DNA from: Candidatus Omnitrophota bacterium
GTDB taxonomy: Bacteria; Omnitrophota; Gorgyraeia; Zapsychrales; Zapsychraceae
Length of the DNA: 64,000 nucleotides
Assembly: GCA_023247445.1 (NCBI GenBank)
Contig: JAHFGL010000002.1
Location: forward strand, 553 to 64,552
Direction: 5' to 3'
Position 1 is the first letter of the stretch; each line of letters begins with the position of its first letter. The translations under genes were made by a program, and so were the position numbers. Below, piece after piece: positions 27,911-38,751 of this stretch. The notes below the pieces were generated by a model, which ran no database searches, was not told where the DNA came from, and worked only from the letters and a program-made list of their open reading frames with translations.

Positions 27911-28915
27911 GTGACCGAATTCAGACGTGATCCTATCGTAGGCCAGTGGACGCTCGTTCACACGAGTAATCCCTTGGGCCCCAAAGATTTTCAAAAAGAA
28001 GAACGATTTGTGCGCGCGCCGGATCTTTGCCAATTTTGTCCGGGCAAAGAACGGATGACACCGTCAGAGGTGGACAGCGTACGTTTAAATGGATCGTTAC
28101 CGAATGCCTTTGGCTGGCAGGTTCGCGTTGTGCCCAATAAATTTCCAGCGCTTAAGATCGAAGGAAATTTGGATGCGCGTCACAGTGGTCTACTAGAATT
28201 ATCCAACGGCATCGGCGCCCACGAGGTTTTGATCGAAACACCAGATCACCACAAACATCTGGCGGATCTTTCCGTCGAAGAAGTTGGGCACGTTATAAAG
28301 AAATATCACAGTCGTTTAGTTGATTTGGCCGGCGATAAGCGCTTTAAATACATTATTATTTTTAAGAATTTTGGCGAGTCAGCGGGCGCTACCGTTGAGC
28401 ACGCGCACAGCCAGATCATTGCGCTTCCCATGGTTCCCAAATATGTTTTGGAAGAACTTGAAGGCGCTCAGCAATATTTCAATGAATGCAAATGCTGCGT
28501 CTTCTGCGACATGATCGAACAGGAATACAAAGACAAAGAACGAATCGTCACTGAGAATGAAGATTTCTTGGTGTTCACTCCGTTTGTACCGCGATACCCT
28601 TTTGAATGTTGGATCATTCCTAAAAAACACACCAGCGAATTTGCCACGATTTCAGAGAGCAGCCAACATCACTTGGCCGCGATTTTGAAAGAAACGCTGC
28701 TACGATTAAAAATTTGTTTATCGAACCCGTCGTACAATTATTATCTGCACATTGCACCCGTTAATTATGAAAAACAAGAAAGTTTTCATTGGCATATTGA
28801 AATCGTGCCGAAGCTCACCAATGTTACCGGTTTTGAATGGGGAACCGGATTTTTTGTCGTTAAAACTCCGCCGCACGTCGCCGCCAAACATCTACGAGAA
28901 GTTTCGCTTTCATAA
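27911..28915 (+). CDS. galT: Galactose-1-phosphate uridylyltransferase
   Basis: CQFCPG.E, VVPNKFPAL, G.HEV, AGAT.EHAHSQ, WHIEI.P. Confidence 0.92.
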   Translation: MTEFRRDPIVGQWTLVHTSNPLGPKDFQKEERFVRAPDLCQFCPGKERMTPSEVDSVRLNGSLPNAFGWQVRVVPNKFPALKIEGNLDARHSGLLELSNGIGAHEVLIETPDHHKHLADLSVEEVGHVIKKYHSRLVDLAGDKRFKYIIIFKNFGESAGATVEHAHSQIIALPMVPKYVLEELEGAQQYFNECKCCVFCDMIEQEYKDKERIVTENEDFLVFTPFVPRYPFECWIIPKKHTSEFATISESSQHHLAAILKETLLRLKICLSNPSYNYYLHIAPVNYEKQESFHWHIEIVPKLTNVTGFEWGTGFFVVKTPPHVAAKHLREVSLS

Positions 28916-29033
28916 TTTCCTAAGTCTTGGTTGTTCCTGAAATTTTTTGTTGCCTTCATTTATTTGAGAAGTTATTATTAAAAATAAATAATTCCTTTCT
29001 TGATCCCCCAAAAAATTAAAAGGGGGATTTTTT

Positions 29034-29552
29034 ATGCGCAGGGTAATTACTAATGAAGGCATTGCCGATCGGATATTTATTATTCGTGGGCAAAGGGTTA
29101 TGGTTGATCGAGATTTAGCAGCGCTCTACGGTGTTTCCACAAAAAGATTGAATGAGCAGGTTAAACGAAACCCCAAACGGTTTCCAGAAGATTTTATGTT
29201 TCAATTAGGTAAAAGTGAGGCGAGTGAACTGGTCGCAAATTGCGACCGGTTCACGAGTTTAAAACACTCTTCAGTTGCCCCATATGTTTTTAGTGAACAA
29301 GGTGTAGCGATGCTATCGAGTGTTTTAAACAGTGAGCGAGCTGTTGTGGTAAATGTGCAAATCATGAGGGCATTTGTTAAGTTGCGCGAATGTATGGTTT
29401 CGCACAAAGATTTACAATATAAGATTGAGACTTTGGAAAGAAAGTTTAAAGATCATGATAATAATTTCAAAGTTGTTTTCGAAGCTATTCGGCAGCTCAT
29501 GGCGCCGCCACCAGAGAAACCAAAAACACCAATTGGATTTCATGTGAAGTGA
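29034..29552 (+). CDS. ORF6N/KilA-N-like DNA-binding protein
   Basis: IRGQRVM.DRDLAALYGV.TK.LNEQVKRN..RFPEDFMFQL and FSEQGVAMLSSVL. Confidence 0.92.
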   Translation: MRRVITNEGIADRIFIIRGQRVMVDRDLAALYGVSTKRLNEQVKRNPKRFPEDFMFQLGKSEASELVANCDRFTSLKHSSVAPYVFSEQGVAMLSSVLNSERAVVVNVQIMRAFVKLRECMVSHKDLQYKIETLERKFKDHDNNFKVVFEAIRQLMAPPPEKPKTPIGFHVK

Positions 29553-29707
29553 TAAAATTGACAACCACAACCAATTACGTTATAAACAGAAAGCACAGAC
29601 ATTTTTTAATACATAATCGTTTACAGCCTTATGAAATTTCCACTACGATTCTCGGTGGCCACCGAGAATTGGCACTTCAAAGGTTTCTGGCAAGGAGATA
29701 GTCGCAA

Positions 29708-30202
29708 ATGAAAGTTAAAGGGAAGAGAATTGTTTATCAACTAGAAACGCGGCGGATGCCGGACGGCCGAACGACGACGCTTGATGTGATTTATCATCCC
29801 GGGGCAGTTTTGATTGTTCCGTTTTTAAATGCGAATCAGCTTGTCTTTATCCGTCAATACCGCGCAATTTTGAAAGAATATTTATATGAACTTCCCGCCG
29901 GCACGCTTAACCCCAAAGAAAATCTTCTGTCCTGCGCCAAACGCGAATTAGCGGAAGAGATTGGCTACGGCGCAAAGAGCTGGAAGAAGCTAGGGAAAAT
30001 TTATCCTGTTCCCGGATATTCCACAGAAGTCATCCATATTTTCAAAGCACAAAAACTTTTTCCACAAAAGGCCAAGATGGATGACGATGAAATGATTGAG
30101 CCAATTGTTTTAACACGTCGGCAAGCGCAGGAGTATTTTAAGAGGGGAAAAATTGAAGACGGCAAGACGATCTGCGGTTTGGCCTTGGCCGGCTGGCTTT
30201 AA
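29708..30202 (+). CDS. NUDIX hydrolase, ADP-ribose pyrophosphatase-like
   Basis: HPGAV, RQYR, ELPAG...CAKRELAEEIG, IEDGKT. Confidence 0.9.
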   Translation: MKVKGKRIVYQLETRRMPDGRTTTLDVIYHPGAVLIVPFLNANQLVFIRQYRAILKEYLYELPAGTLNPKENLLSCAKRELAEEIGYGAKSWKKLGKIYPVPGYSTEVIHIFKAQKLFPQKAKMDDDEMIEPIVLTRRQAQEYFKRGKIEDGKTICGLALAGWL

Positions 30203-30225
30203 GGAAAATTTAAAAGGGAGAAACG

Positions 30226-30468
30226 ATGTCAAAGCTAAATGAAATCATCGAGTGGCAGGAATTCGGCAGCGAGTTTAGAATATATGTGAAGCATTATCGC
30301 GGGCCAGATGATAAACTAAATATCCAAATTGTTTTTGAAGACGCGACGCACGAAAAAGTAACGGAGATCAACATCCCATCGAAGAAAGTTGTCGCCTTTC
30401 TTAAAGCGGTTAATGGAGATCTTCTCTCGAAGAAATATGAAATAAATTTAACTCAAGTAGGAGATTAA
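30226..30468 (+). CDS. Hypothetical protein
   Basis: 80-aa ORF with SD AGGGAG, in an operon context. Confidence 0.65.
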   Translation: MSKLNEIIEWQEFGSEFRIYVKHYRGPDDKLNIQIVFEDATHEKVTEINIPSKKVVAFLKAVNGDLLSKKYEINLTQVGD

Positions 30469-30489
30469 CATAATTACGAAAGAGGAAGT

Positions 30490-30870
30490 ATGCAAAATCC
30501 ACTACAGGTTACATTCCATGACATGCCGCACAACGAAGAAATCGAGATTATCATTGCAGAAAAGTTTGAGAAGCTAAAGATTGTCAGTCCTGACATTATC
30601 AAATGTCATGTGGTTGTTGAAAAGCTCAGCAAACATCATCAAAAAGCGAACATGGCCTGTGCGCGGCTGGATTTAAAGGTCTCGCATTTTGATGACATTG
30701 TGATTAACGAACGATGTGCTGATGACGAAGCCGCACTAAAGACGGCAGTACTTAAAATTTTTAAACGCGGGCAGGTTTTGGTGCGCGAGGGATTAAAACG
30801 TCGTCAGCATAATAAACGAATCCCCTTGCCGGATAATTTCCAAACGGAAACAGTTGAGGTTGAAGAATAA
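30490..30870 (+). CDS. HPF/RaiA (sigma-54 modulation)-like ribosome-associated protein
   Basis: MQ.PLQVTFHDM...I..C.VVVE...HHQK pattern. Confidence 0.75.
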   Translation: MQNPLQVTFHDMPHNEEIEIIIAEKFEKLKIVSPDIIKCHVVVEKLSKHHQKANMACARLDLKVSHFDDIVINERCADDEAALKTAVLKIFKRGQVLVREGLKRRQHNKRIPLPDNFQTETVEVEE

Positions 30871-30908
30871 TAAATAGTTAAAGATAAATTTAACCAAGGG
30901 AGGCGGAT

Positions 30909-31319
30909 ATGTGCATCAACAAAAATCATCCTGAGCAAGCTTGGATTTCTTTAATCTTGCGATTAGCGATGGCAACACTTTTTGCGGTGGCTTCCATTAG
31001 TAAATTTGTCGGTGGAATTAGTACAACAGTTCATGGTTTTCAGGAAATGTTTAAAGCTACGTGGCTGCCGCTATTTTTAGTCACGCCTTATGCGTATGCC
31101 ATTGCCTTTATTGAGGCGCTTATTGTCATTTTACTTGTGACTGGGATTAAATTGCGCGAGGCGTGGATTTTGACGGCGCTGACGTTAGTTAGTTTGGCCT
31201 TTGGCATGATGGTCGCGGGGCAAGGACAAACGGCAGCGGGTATTTATACGTATCTCGTTATTACTTGCTTTGGGCTTTATGTAAGCCGACATGATGAATG
31301 CGTGTTGGGTAAGAAATAA
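30909..31319 (+). CDS. DoxX-family membrane protein
   Basis: LILRLAM..LF...ISKF and E..I..LL..G, 4 TM segments. Confidence 0.8.
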   Translation: MCINKNHPEQAWISLILRLAMATLFAVASISKFVGGISTTVHGFQEMFKATWLPLFLVTPYAYAIAFIEALIVILLVTGIKLREAWILTALTLVSLAFGMMVAGQGQTAAGIYTYLVITCFGLYVSRHDECVLGKK

Positions 31320-31335
31320 ATAGGAACACGTATTA

Positions 31336-33108
31336 ATGGATTTTAAAAAGCCGAGTATTCTTTTTTTTATTTTTATACTGCTGTTGGGAGTTTTTCCTCA
31401 CCGATCTTTCAGTTCGAATGACACGAGTACCTTCCTTAATAATACTGTTTCTAATTTTGCGCTTCTTGATCATGAGGGGAAATTTCATGAGCTGTATTAC
31501 TACAGCGATAAAAAAGCGATTGTTTTATTTGTCCAAGGAAACAATTGTCCGATTGTTAGAAAAAGTATTCCTTATTTAAAAGAATTGCAGGAAAAATACG
31601 CACCGCAAGATGTTGTTTTCTTAATGATTAATTCCAATCCTTCGGAGAATCGCGATTTGATTAAAGAAGAGATCCGCGCCTTTTCCATCAACATGCCGAT
31701 TTTTGAAGACAAGTCGCAAACGGTGGCAAAGGCTCTTGGGTTAACTAGAACCGCTGAGGCGATTCTCATTAATCCATCGACCTGGCAGATTATTTATCGC
31801 GGCGCGCTTAATGACATTAAAAATTATTATTTGCAGGATGCTATTGATGCCGTGCTGGCGCGAAAGCCTGTAGCTGTATCTTCGAGTGCGGTCAAAGGAT
31901 GTTTACTGAGTTGGGAAGATCGAGGGCGTTTGTATGAATATAAAAAAGATGTCGCACCTATTTTAATTCAAAAATGTTTTGTTTGTCACTCGCCGGGTGG
32001 CGTTGCCCCGTGGAGCATGAATAGTTACGAAAAAATAATGAAGTGGGCGCCGATGATCCGCGAGGTCATTCAAACAAAACGCATGCCGCCCTGGCATGCC
32101 GATCCTTATTACGGCCAATTTGAAAAGGATCTTTTCTTAACGCCGCAAGAAGTTCGAACCTTGATTAACTGGATCGATCAGGGTCTTAAAAAAACAAATG
32201 GAGTTGATCCTTTAGTCACGGCCACGGCCTCGATTAAAGATCGTCAGTGGCCTTTAGGCCAACCGGATTTAGTTTTGACAGTTCCCCAGCAAGAAATTTC
32301 AGCATCAGGGCCTGATGAATTTCGTTTCATTAAAAGTGATCATCCCATCGATAAAGATGTTTGGATACGCGCCATTGATTTTCGTTCGGGCAACGCGGCG
32401 GTTATCCATCACGCGAATGTGCTTGTCGCTTCACCCAAAGATAAGGATGACGCTGATCAAGAAACAGAATGGTATAAGAACTCCGGTGCTGGGATGGATG
32501 AAGGTCAGATGATTATGGGGTATTCGCCCGGACATCGCCCATATGTTTTGCCGACGAATACGGGCCTCTTTATTCCCAAAGGTTCTTTGTTCGAGTTTCG
32601 TATTCATTATATAAAAACCGGCAAGCCAGAGACTGATCAAACACAATTAGGTTTATATTTTCATAAAAAGAAACCGGCTTATATTCATTCGGTTGATATT
32701 ATTTCAAATCGCGATATTAAAATTCCTCCTGGAGCAAAAGATTATAAGCTGACGGCCTCAAAGACTTTTCCAAAGGCCATTATGCTAACCGCAATTCAGC
32801 CGCATGTGCATTATCGCGGCAAAAGCATGAGCTTTACGCTGCGTTATCCCAATGGGAAACAGGAAGTCATTCTTTCTGTGCCGCATTACAAGTTTGGATG
32901 GCAAAGACAATATATTTTAAAACATCCCAAATTTTTGCCAGCAGGGACGGCGATTGTTGTCGATGGCGCATATGATAATTCTGCTCAAAATTACGCCAAT
33001 CCTGATCCTTCGCAGGAAGTGTCTTACGGCCCCACGAGTGATCATGAAATGTTTACCGGGGTTATTTCTTATTTCATGCCTGATCATAGTGAATATGAGC
33101 ATAAATAA
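31336..33108 (+). CDS. Exported redoxin / cytochrome c / type II copper monooxygenase-like fusion protein
   Basis: Redoxin fold (CPIV, YRGA.ND), CFVCH heme motif, MPPW, and HH / HxH / EM copper-ligand motifs. Confidence 0.8.
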   Translation: MDFKKPSILFFIFILLLGVFPHRSFSSNDTSTFLNNTVSNFALLDHEGKFHELYYYSDKKAIVLFVQGNNCPIVRKSIPYLKELQEKYAPQDVVFLMINSNPSENRDLIKEEIRAFSINMPIFEDKSQTVAKALGLTRTAEAILINPSTWQIIYRGALNDIKNYYLQDAIDAVLARKPVAVSSSAVKGCLLSWEDRGRLYEYKKDVAPILIQKCFVCHSPGGVAPWSMNSYEKIMKWAPMIREVIQTKRMPPWHADPYYGQFEKDLFLTPQEVRTLINWIDQGLKKTNGVDPLVTATASIKDRQWPLGQPDLVLTVPQQEISASGPDEFRFIKSDHPIDKDVWIRAIDFRSGNAAVIHHANVLVASPKDKDDADQETEWYKNSGAGMDEGQMIMGYSPGHRPYVLPTNTGLFIPKGSLFEFRIHYIKTGKPETDQTQLGLYFHKKKPAYIHSVDIISNRDIKIPPGAKDYKLTASKTFPKAIMLTAIQPHVHYRGKSMSFTLRYPNGKQEVILSVPHYKFGWQRQYILKHPKFLPAGTAIVVDGAYDNSAQNYANPDPSQEVSYGPTSDHEMFTGVISYFMPDHSEYEHK

Positions 33109-33228
33109 TAGAAGAGGGTTTTAGAGCCTTTTTAAGAAAGGGTTTTCACGAAGGTTGATTTACACCCTTGTAAAAAGCTTAATGTAGTGTAATCTTTTAT
33201 TAGAAATATTTATCGATCTTTTAATAAT

Positions 33229-33321
33229 TATTTTTGACGAAAAGGCAAATTGTCAGTAATGACAAGACGCAAAACCAAAGGGTCCTTTTAAAGAGGATAG
33301 CCTAGTTACCGAATCAAGATA
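33229..33321 (+). ncRNA. c-di-GMP-I (GEMM-I) riboswitch, intact
   Basis: GGCAAA-TTGTCA GTAA TGACAA-GACGCAAAAC...GGTCC...GGATAGCCTAGTTACCGAA, with P1 TATTTTTGA/TCAAGATA. Confidence 0.92.
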
Positions 33322-33343
33322 TGAAAAGTTTAGAATACAATAT

Positions 33344-33400
33344 AAACCTATTTTTTAATTATATGAGCTGAGCTTATATTTTTAAGGAGTAGGTTTTTTT
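33344..33400 (+). terminator. Riboswitch-associated terminator
   Basis: AAACCTATTTTTTAA...TTAAGGAGTAGGTTTTTTT upstream of the 33.4-kb gene. Confidence 0.75.
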
Positions 33401-33440
33401 ATTGGCAGGAGGGGCTAATTAGAATCAAAGCATTAAAAAA

Positions 33441-36400
33441 GTGTTTAAGGTGGGGAAAATGAGAAAAAATTTCGCAACTAAGTTACAAAGAATCTTAAGT
33501 ATGAATGTGGCGGTATTTATTTTATTAATTTATTCAGGGGTTTCTTCCTCTGTAAGCACATTTAACTTACGTCATGTTGGCTCGACCCCGATCGAAATTG
33601 TTGTCAGTTGGGATCAGGTCTCTAATGCAGAGAAATACATCTTACAGCGAAGCACCAGTTCCTCATTTAATCCTGTGGATGCTGAATTTCAGTTTTCCAA
33701 AACAATTTTAGCTTATGGAGACACGGGCCATAGTAATCCAGCTGAGCCTATGCGGTTTAAGGAAAGGGAAAAATCACTCTTATTATTGTCTCCTGAGGTG
33801 GATTATTATTATCGGGTTTTCGCTTATGATCTTAATAATAATCTATTAGCGGAAAGTACGTCTGTATTTGCTAAGCCAGACGCTGGATCCCTAACAGATG
33901 CTTCAGGGCAGAGACCTGTTATTGAAGGAGATCTTCGAGCTGATATTGTCCTTGGGCAACCTAATTTTCTTGAGTTTAATGAGCTTCAACCAAATGCCAA
34001 TGGTGGCGTCAATATCGGAGGAGTTGTCGTTGATAAATCAATTCCTGGGCAAGATCGTTTATATATACTTGATGCAAATCATAATCGTGTTTTAGGTATG
34101 CCTTCAATCAATCCGGATTCTGGTGCTACTTCAGCTACGATTGTTTTAGGGCAACCAAATTTTGAATCGGCAGCATGTAATGGCGATATGACCTACGACG
34201 GTTATCCTACTAAAAGAAATCCAAAAGAAGATACTTTATGTTTTGCTGAGCCGGGCGAAAAGAGTCCTAGAGAAGTCGTGGTTTGGTCAATCATGAGTGT
34301 TGATTTGGATGGTAATTTGTATGTCGCAGACTTCTTAAATCAACGTGTTTTAAAGTATGTAAAGCCATTTGAAACAAATATGGTTGCAGATGAGGTTTGG
34401 GGGCAAGGAGAAGGTGTGGATAAGTTTACATCCAATACTTGTAATAAAGAAGGGCTCAGTGCTTCGTCTCTTTGTTTGCTTAAAGGATTTCCTATGGATC
34501 ATATGACGGCCAGTGTTCATATCGACCGAAATGGTAATTTATGGGTTGTGGATTTAGGTAATCGTAGAGTTTTAAGATACCCAAAAATTGGCAATGAAAT
34601 TTCTAAGATAGCGGATTTGGTTTTGGGTCAGGATAATTTTACGACCATCAAAGAAAACATCCCTGTTGATAGTCTTAAGTATTTGTATTACCCAAAATTT
34701 GTTGTCAGCGATGAGTCATCAGGGGACATTTATGTAGGCGATCAAGGAGATGAAACTCATCCTACGAGGATTTTAAAGTATGCTGCAGAAAATATTCCAT
34801 TAGCAGGACAAGGTGGAGAGAGTGCATTAACTGCTCAAGAGATTATATTTGGAAATACTTCTACGTTACCAAATCAGACAAACAATCATTGGCGAATTAC
34901 TAGCTTATCCTATGATTCGACAAGGCATGGCCTGTGGATTCAGGCAGAGGGGAAGAATTATCTTTATAATTTTTTAAATAATAGTGTAACTAAAATTGTT
35001 CTCTCTGGATATGACCCCCGGGGAGTGGATGTTGATTCTAGGGGAAATCTTATCACTGTAGGATCCTATGATGACCTTCGTGATGTCAATTTATTTTTGG
35101 CAACGGATATTGATAACGTAAATGTAACTGCTCAGAACCCTCTCACTTCAGATAATAGAAAGAATATTTTTAGAACTGGCCCTTCATTAGTGATGGATCA
35201 CGGGTTAAGTGGTTTAAAGAATGTTACTGGGTTGACTATTGCTGGGAATCAGTTGGTAATTAGCGATTTTGGTCGACTTCTTTTTTGGAATGATTACCGT
35301 ATTCTTTCTACAGGTCAATCAGCCGATGGGGAATGGGCTTATGGTTATGATAAGAATATGGCTTCTCCAAGAGTCGATGCGCAAAATAGATTGTGGTTTT
35401 CAAGTCTTTTGCCACTTAATTCGGATGTTCCCACTCAAGGTGAAAATTGTTCAGAAGAGTCTTGCCTGCATGCGGTGTTGCTTCCTCTGGCACCCGACTC
35501 ATCTTTAGTTAAGAGTTTTCCAATAAATAAAGTTGAATTACGAGCTAAAAGAAAATTTATGACTGGCATTGAATATCAGGATTTTATACGGTTTTATCCA
35601 TCAACGGATCGAAGTGGAAATGGGGTTTTATGGATTGCTACACACAATAAAGGTGTATTTCGTTTAGTAAATATTAATAAAGAAAAGGATGCGAGTCGTG
35701 GTCCATATGTTGATGTTGTCTTGGGTCGGGCAAATAAGTTAGATCAGGTCTGTTCTTCTGAGGCAGGTTATAATCCAACCGCCAGTACTATCTGTAACGC
35801 TAATGATGTCCGTGTTGATTCGGAAGGGAATGTATGGGTTGTCGATAAACCTTACGGAGAGGATGAGGAATTTACTAGATTACTTATGTTTTCATCTATT
35901 TCGATTCCTGATTCTGATGATATTCGCCATGAAACAGTGTTTGGCATTCCAGCTTCTAAGGTCTATGGGACCGGAGGTGATTTTCTGCGCCGAACGAATC
36001 CAGAATTAGATGTTGATGCGAGCCCTTTTGTTCCATCTATTTCGACAGAAAAAAGATCAATGATATTAGATACTCATTATGATGACTCAATCTTTCCTTT
36101 GGTTTATTTAGATTATGATAATGTCAATATCCCGCAATTTTCTCTAGGAGACGCAACTATGTTTGGCATTGATTCTACCTTTGATCCCGAGGGTAATTTT
36201 TATATGGGGGACAAGGTTTGGAATCGTGTGCTTATTTATAAAAAGCCGTTACTAAACGTTACCAAATATAATCATCCTCCTCAATTAAATATGCCCAATC
36301 AGATTCCTGTTATTGAAGGGGTAAATATTTCATTTCAAGTAACGGGTTATGATTTAGATGGAGACATATTTACTGTTTCTGCAAACGGATTGCCTTTAGG

Positions 36401-37367
36401 GGCGCATTTTGACCCTGTAACTCGACGATTTGACTGGACGCCCACATTGGAGCAAGCTGGCACTTATCAAATTACCTTTCAGGCCTCTGACACAAAAGGG
36501 GGCATTTCCACAAACAGCATTTCGATCACCGTAATAGATAGTGTGCTTTTATCGCCAAGTAATTTGTCGGCTAGGACATTGAATACACCGGTTGTTGGAT
36601 TAACTTGGGTTGATAATTCTAATTGTGAAAATTCTTTTAGTATTGAGCAAAGCGTGGATGGAATTAATTATCAAGTGGTGGGAAGTGCCTCTGCCAATAC
36701 TACCTCTTATAATGTACAACCGAGCGTAATGAACCAAACTCTTTATTATCGTGTTCGAGCTATGCGAGGCAGCATGGGATCAGACCCTTCTGATGCGATT
36801 GCTGTTAATGATCCTCTCTATGTAAAAGTAGTCGAAAAAGGAACAGGGACTCCTTTGGCGTTTATTCAGGTATCTTTGCGGGGAGTAAGAGCAAGTGATG
36901 GGAAATTAATTAAAGTTCAAGGACTGACGGACGCTGATGGCTATGTTGTTTTAAGAAACGTAACTTCTCCGAAATTCAATTATCGAGTAAGGGGTAAAGC
37001 GATAAGACTCGAAGCGAAGTATCAAATCAAGACCATGACCGTTACAGATATCAATCACCTTATTTCTATGGAAGGAGCATTAAGTGGCGTTGGTCAGGGT
37101 TCTCAAACCGGTCAATTTACTTTAGATGGATATGTTACTAGCTCGGATGAAACTTTTGCGATTGCCGACGCGGAAATTGCATTGATACAACTAGATGGGG
37201 CCAAGATTCGTTTAACGGTCAGAAGCGGTAGTGATGGATATTTTGCATTTAATAATTTGAAAAATGGTCGGTATAGGGTTGTGGTTACTAAAAAGGGTTA
37301 TCGATTTAATGAGCAGACAGATATTATTAATAATGAAAACTTCGAGATGAATTTTATAGCGAAATAA
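33441..37367 (+). CDS. Large secreted NHL-repeat protein with FN3, He_PIG Ig and a C-terminal tandem carboxypeptidase-regulatory-like module
   Basis: Repeated ADIVLGQPNF / YVAD..N.RVL blades, GLPLGAHFD Ig domain, FN3 (W.DNS..E..F.IEQS). Start may be ATG 33459. Confidence 0.85.
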   Translation: MFKVGKMRKNFATKLQRILSMNVAVFILLIYSGVSSSVSTFNLRHVGSTPIEIVVSWDQVSNAEKYILQRSTSSSFNPVDAEFQFSKTILAYGDTGHSNPAEPMRFKEREKSLLLLSPEVDYYYRVFAYDLNNNLLAESTSVFAKPDAGSLTDASGQRPVIEGDLRADIVLGQPNFLEFNELQPNANGGVNIGGVVVDKSIPGQDRLYILDANHNRVLGMPSINPDSGATSATIVLGQPNFESAACNGDMTYDGYPTKRNPKEDTLCFAEPGEKSPREVVVWSIMSVDLDGNLYVADFLNQRVLKYVKPFETNMVADEVWGQGEGVDKFTSNTCNKEGLSASSLCLLKGFPMDHMTASVHIDRNGNLWVVDLGNRRVLRYPKIGNEISKIADLVLGQDNFTTIKENIPVDSLKYLYYPKFVVSDESSGDIYVGDQGDETHPTRILKYAAENIPLAGQGGESALTAQEIIFGNTSTLPNQTNNHWRITSLSYDSTRHGLWIQAEGKNYLYNFLNNSVTKIVLSGYDPRGVDVDSRGNLITVGSYDDLRDVNLFLATDIDNVNVTAQNPLTSDNRKNIFRTGPSLVMDHGLSGLKNVTGLTIAGNQLVISDFGRLLFWNDYRILSTGQSADGEWAYGYDKNMASPRVDAQNRLWFSSLLPLNSDVPTQGENCSEESCLHAVLLPLAPDSSLVKSFPINKVELRAKRKFMTGIEYQDFIRFYPSTDRSGNGVLWIATHNKGVFRLVNINKEKDASRGPYVDVVLGRANKLDQVCSSEAGYNPTASTICNANDVRVDSEGNVWVVDKPYGEDEEFTRLLMFSSISIPDSDDIRHETVFGIPASKVYGTGGDFLRRTNPELDVDASPFVPSISTEKRSMILDTHYDDSIFPLVYLDYDNVNIPQFSLGDATMFGIDSTFDPEGNFYMGDKVWNRVLIYKKPLLNVTKYNHPPQLNMPNQIPVIEGVNISFQVTGYDLDGDIFTVSANGLPLGAHFDPVTRRFDWTPTLEQAGTYQITFQASDTKGGISTNSISITVIDSVLLSPSNLSARTLNTPVVGLTWVDNSNCENSFSIEQSVDGINYQVVGSASANTTSYNVQPSVMNQTLYYRVRAMRGSMGSDPSDAIAVNDPLYVKVVEKGTGTPLAFIQVSLRGVRASDGKLIKVQGLTDADGYVVLRNVTSPKFNYRVRGKAIRLEAKYQIKTMTVTDINHLISMEGALSGVGQGSQTGQFTLDGYVTSSDETFAIADAEIALIQLDGAKIRLTVRSGSDGYFAFNNLKNGRYRVVVTKKGYRFNEQTDIINNENFEMNFIAK

Positions 37368-37374
37368 ATATAGG

Positions 37375-37424
37375 TAAATATAAAGACACGTACCTTTTTT
37401 CGTTAAGGTATGTGTTTCTATTTA
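37375..37424. repeat. GACACGTACC-type palindrome (REP-like, possible terminator)
   Basis: GACACGTACCTT...AAGGTATGTGTT, same family as 46488-46539. Confidence 0.7.
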
Positions 37425-37526
37425 GTTTTCCTACTTAATTCCTCTTGACAACAACGGCGCGTGGTTATATTTTACTTGGGTTTCGTTAGGATCATTCATC
37501 TATCAATTCAATGAGTTTAAATATAA

Positions 37527-38537
<1,011 letters not shown>

Positions 38538-38558
38538 GCATAGAAATTATTCTTCTTT

Positions 38559-38605
38559 AAATAAACCCTCGAAATTAAACAAAAATTTCGGGGGTTTATT
38601 TTTTT
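38559..38605 (+). terminator. Intrinsic terminator
   Basis: AATAAACCCTCGAAATT...AATTTCGGGGGTTTATTTTTTT. Confidence 0.8.
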
Positions 38606-38618
38606 ATCCGCCTTCGCA

Positions 38619-38645
38619 GAAGACCACGGGCTTTGCCCGTGGGGC
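38619..38645. mobile_element. Isolated IS200/IS605-end-like hairpin (remnant)
   Basis: GAAGACCACGGGCTTTGCCCGTGGG resembles IS605-family subterminal hairpins. No transposase is nearby. Confidence 0.45.
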
Positions 38646-38751
38646 TCCATTATTTGTCCTAGTCTGTCCTGGACTGAGTCTTGACAGCCTTACATAATGT
38701 TTTATACTTTCCGCGTATTTCCCCAAGAATAAAAAAAGGATTATTATCTCG

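Noticed and set aside
33229-33321. 3',3'-cGAMP-sensing (GEMM-Ib) variants
   Set aside because: All three aptamers have G at the position equivalent to G20 (GGCAAA/GGTAAA), the c-di-GMP type.
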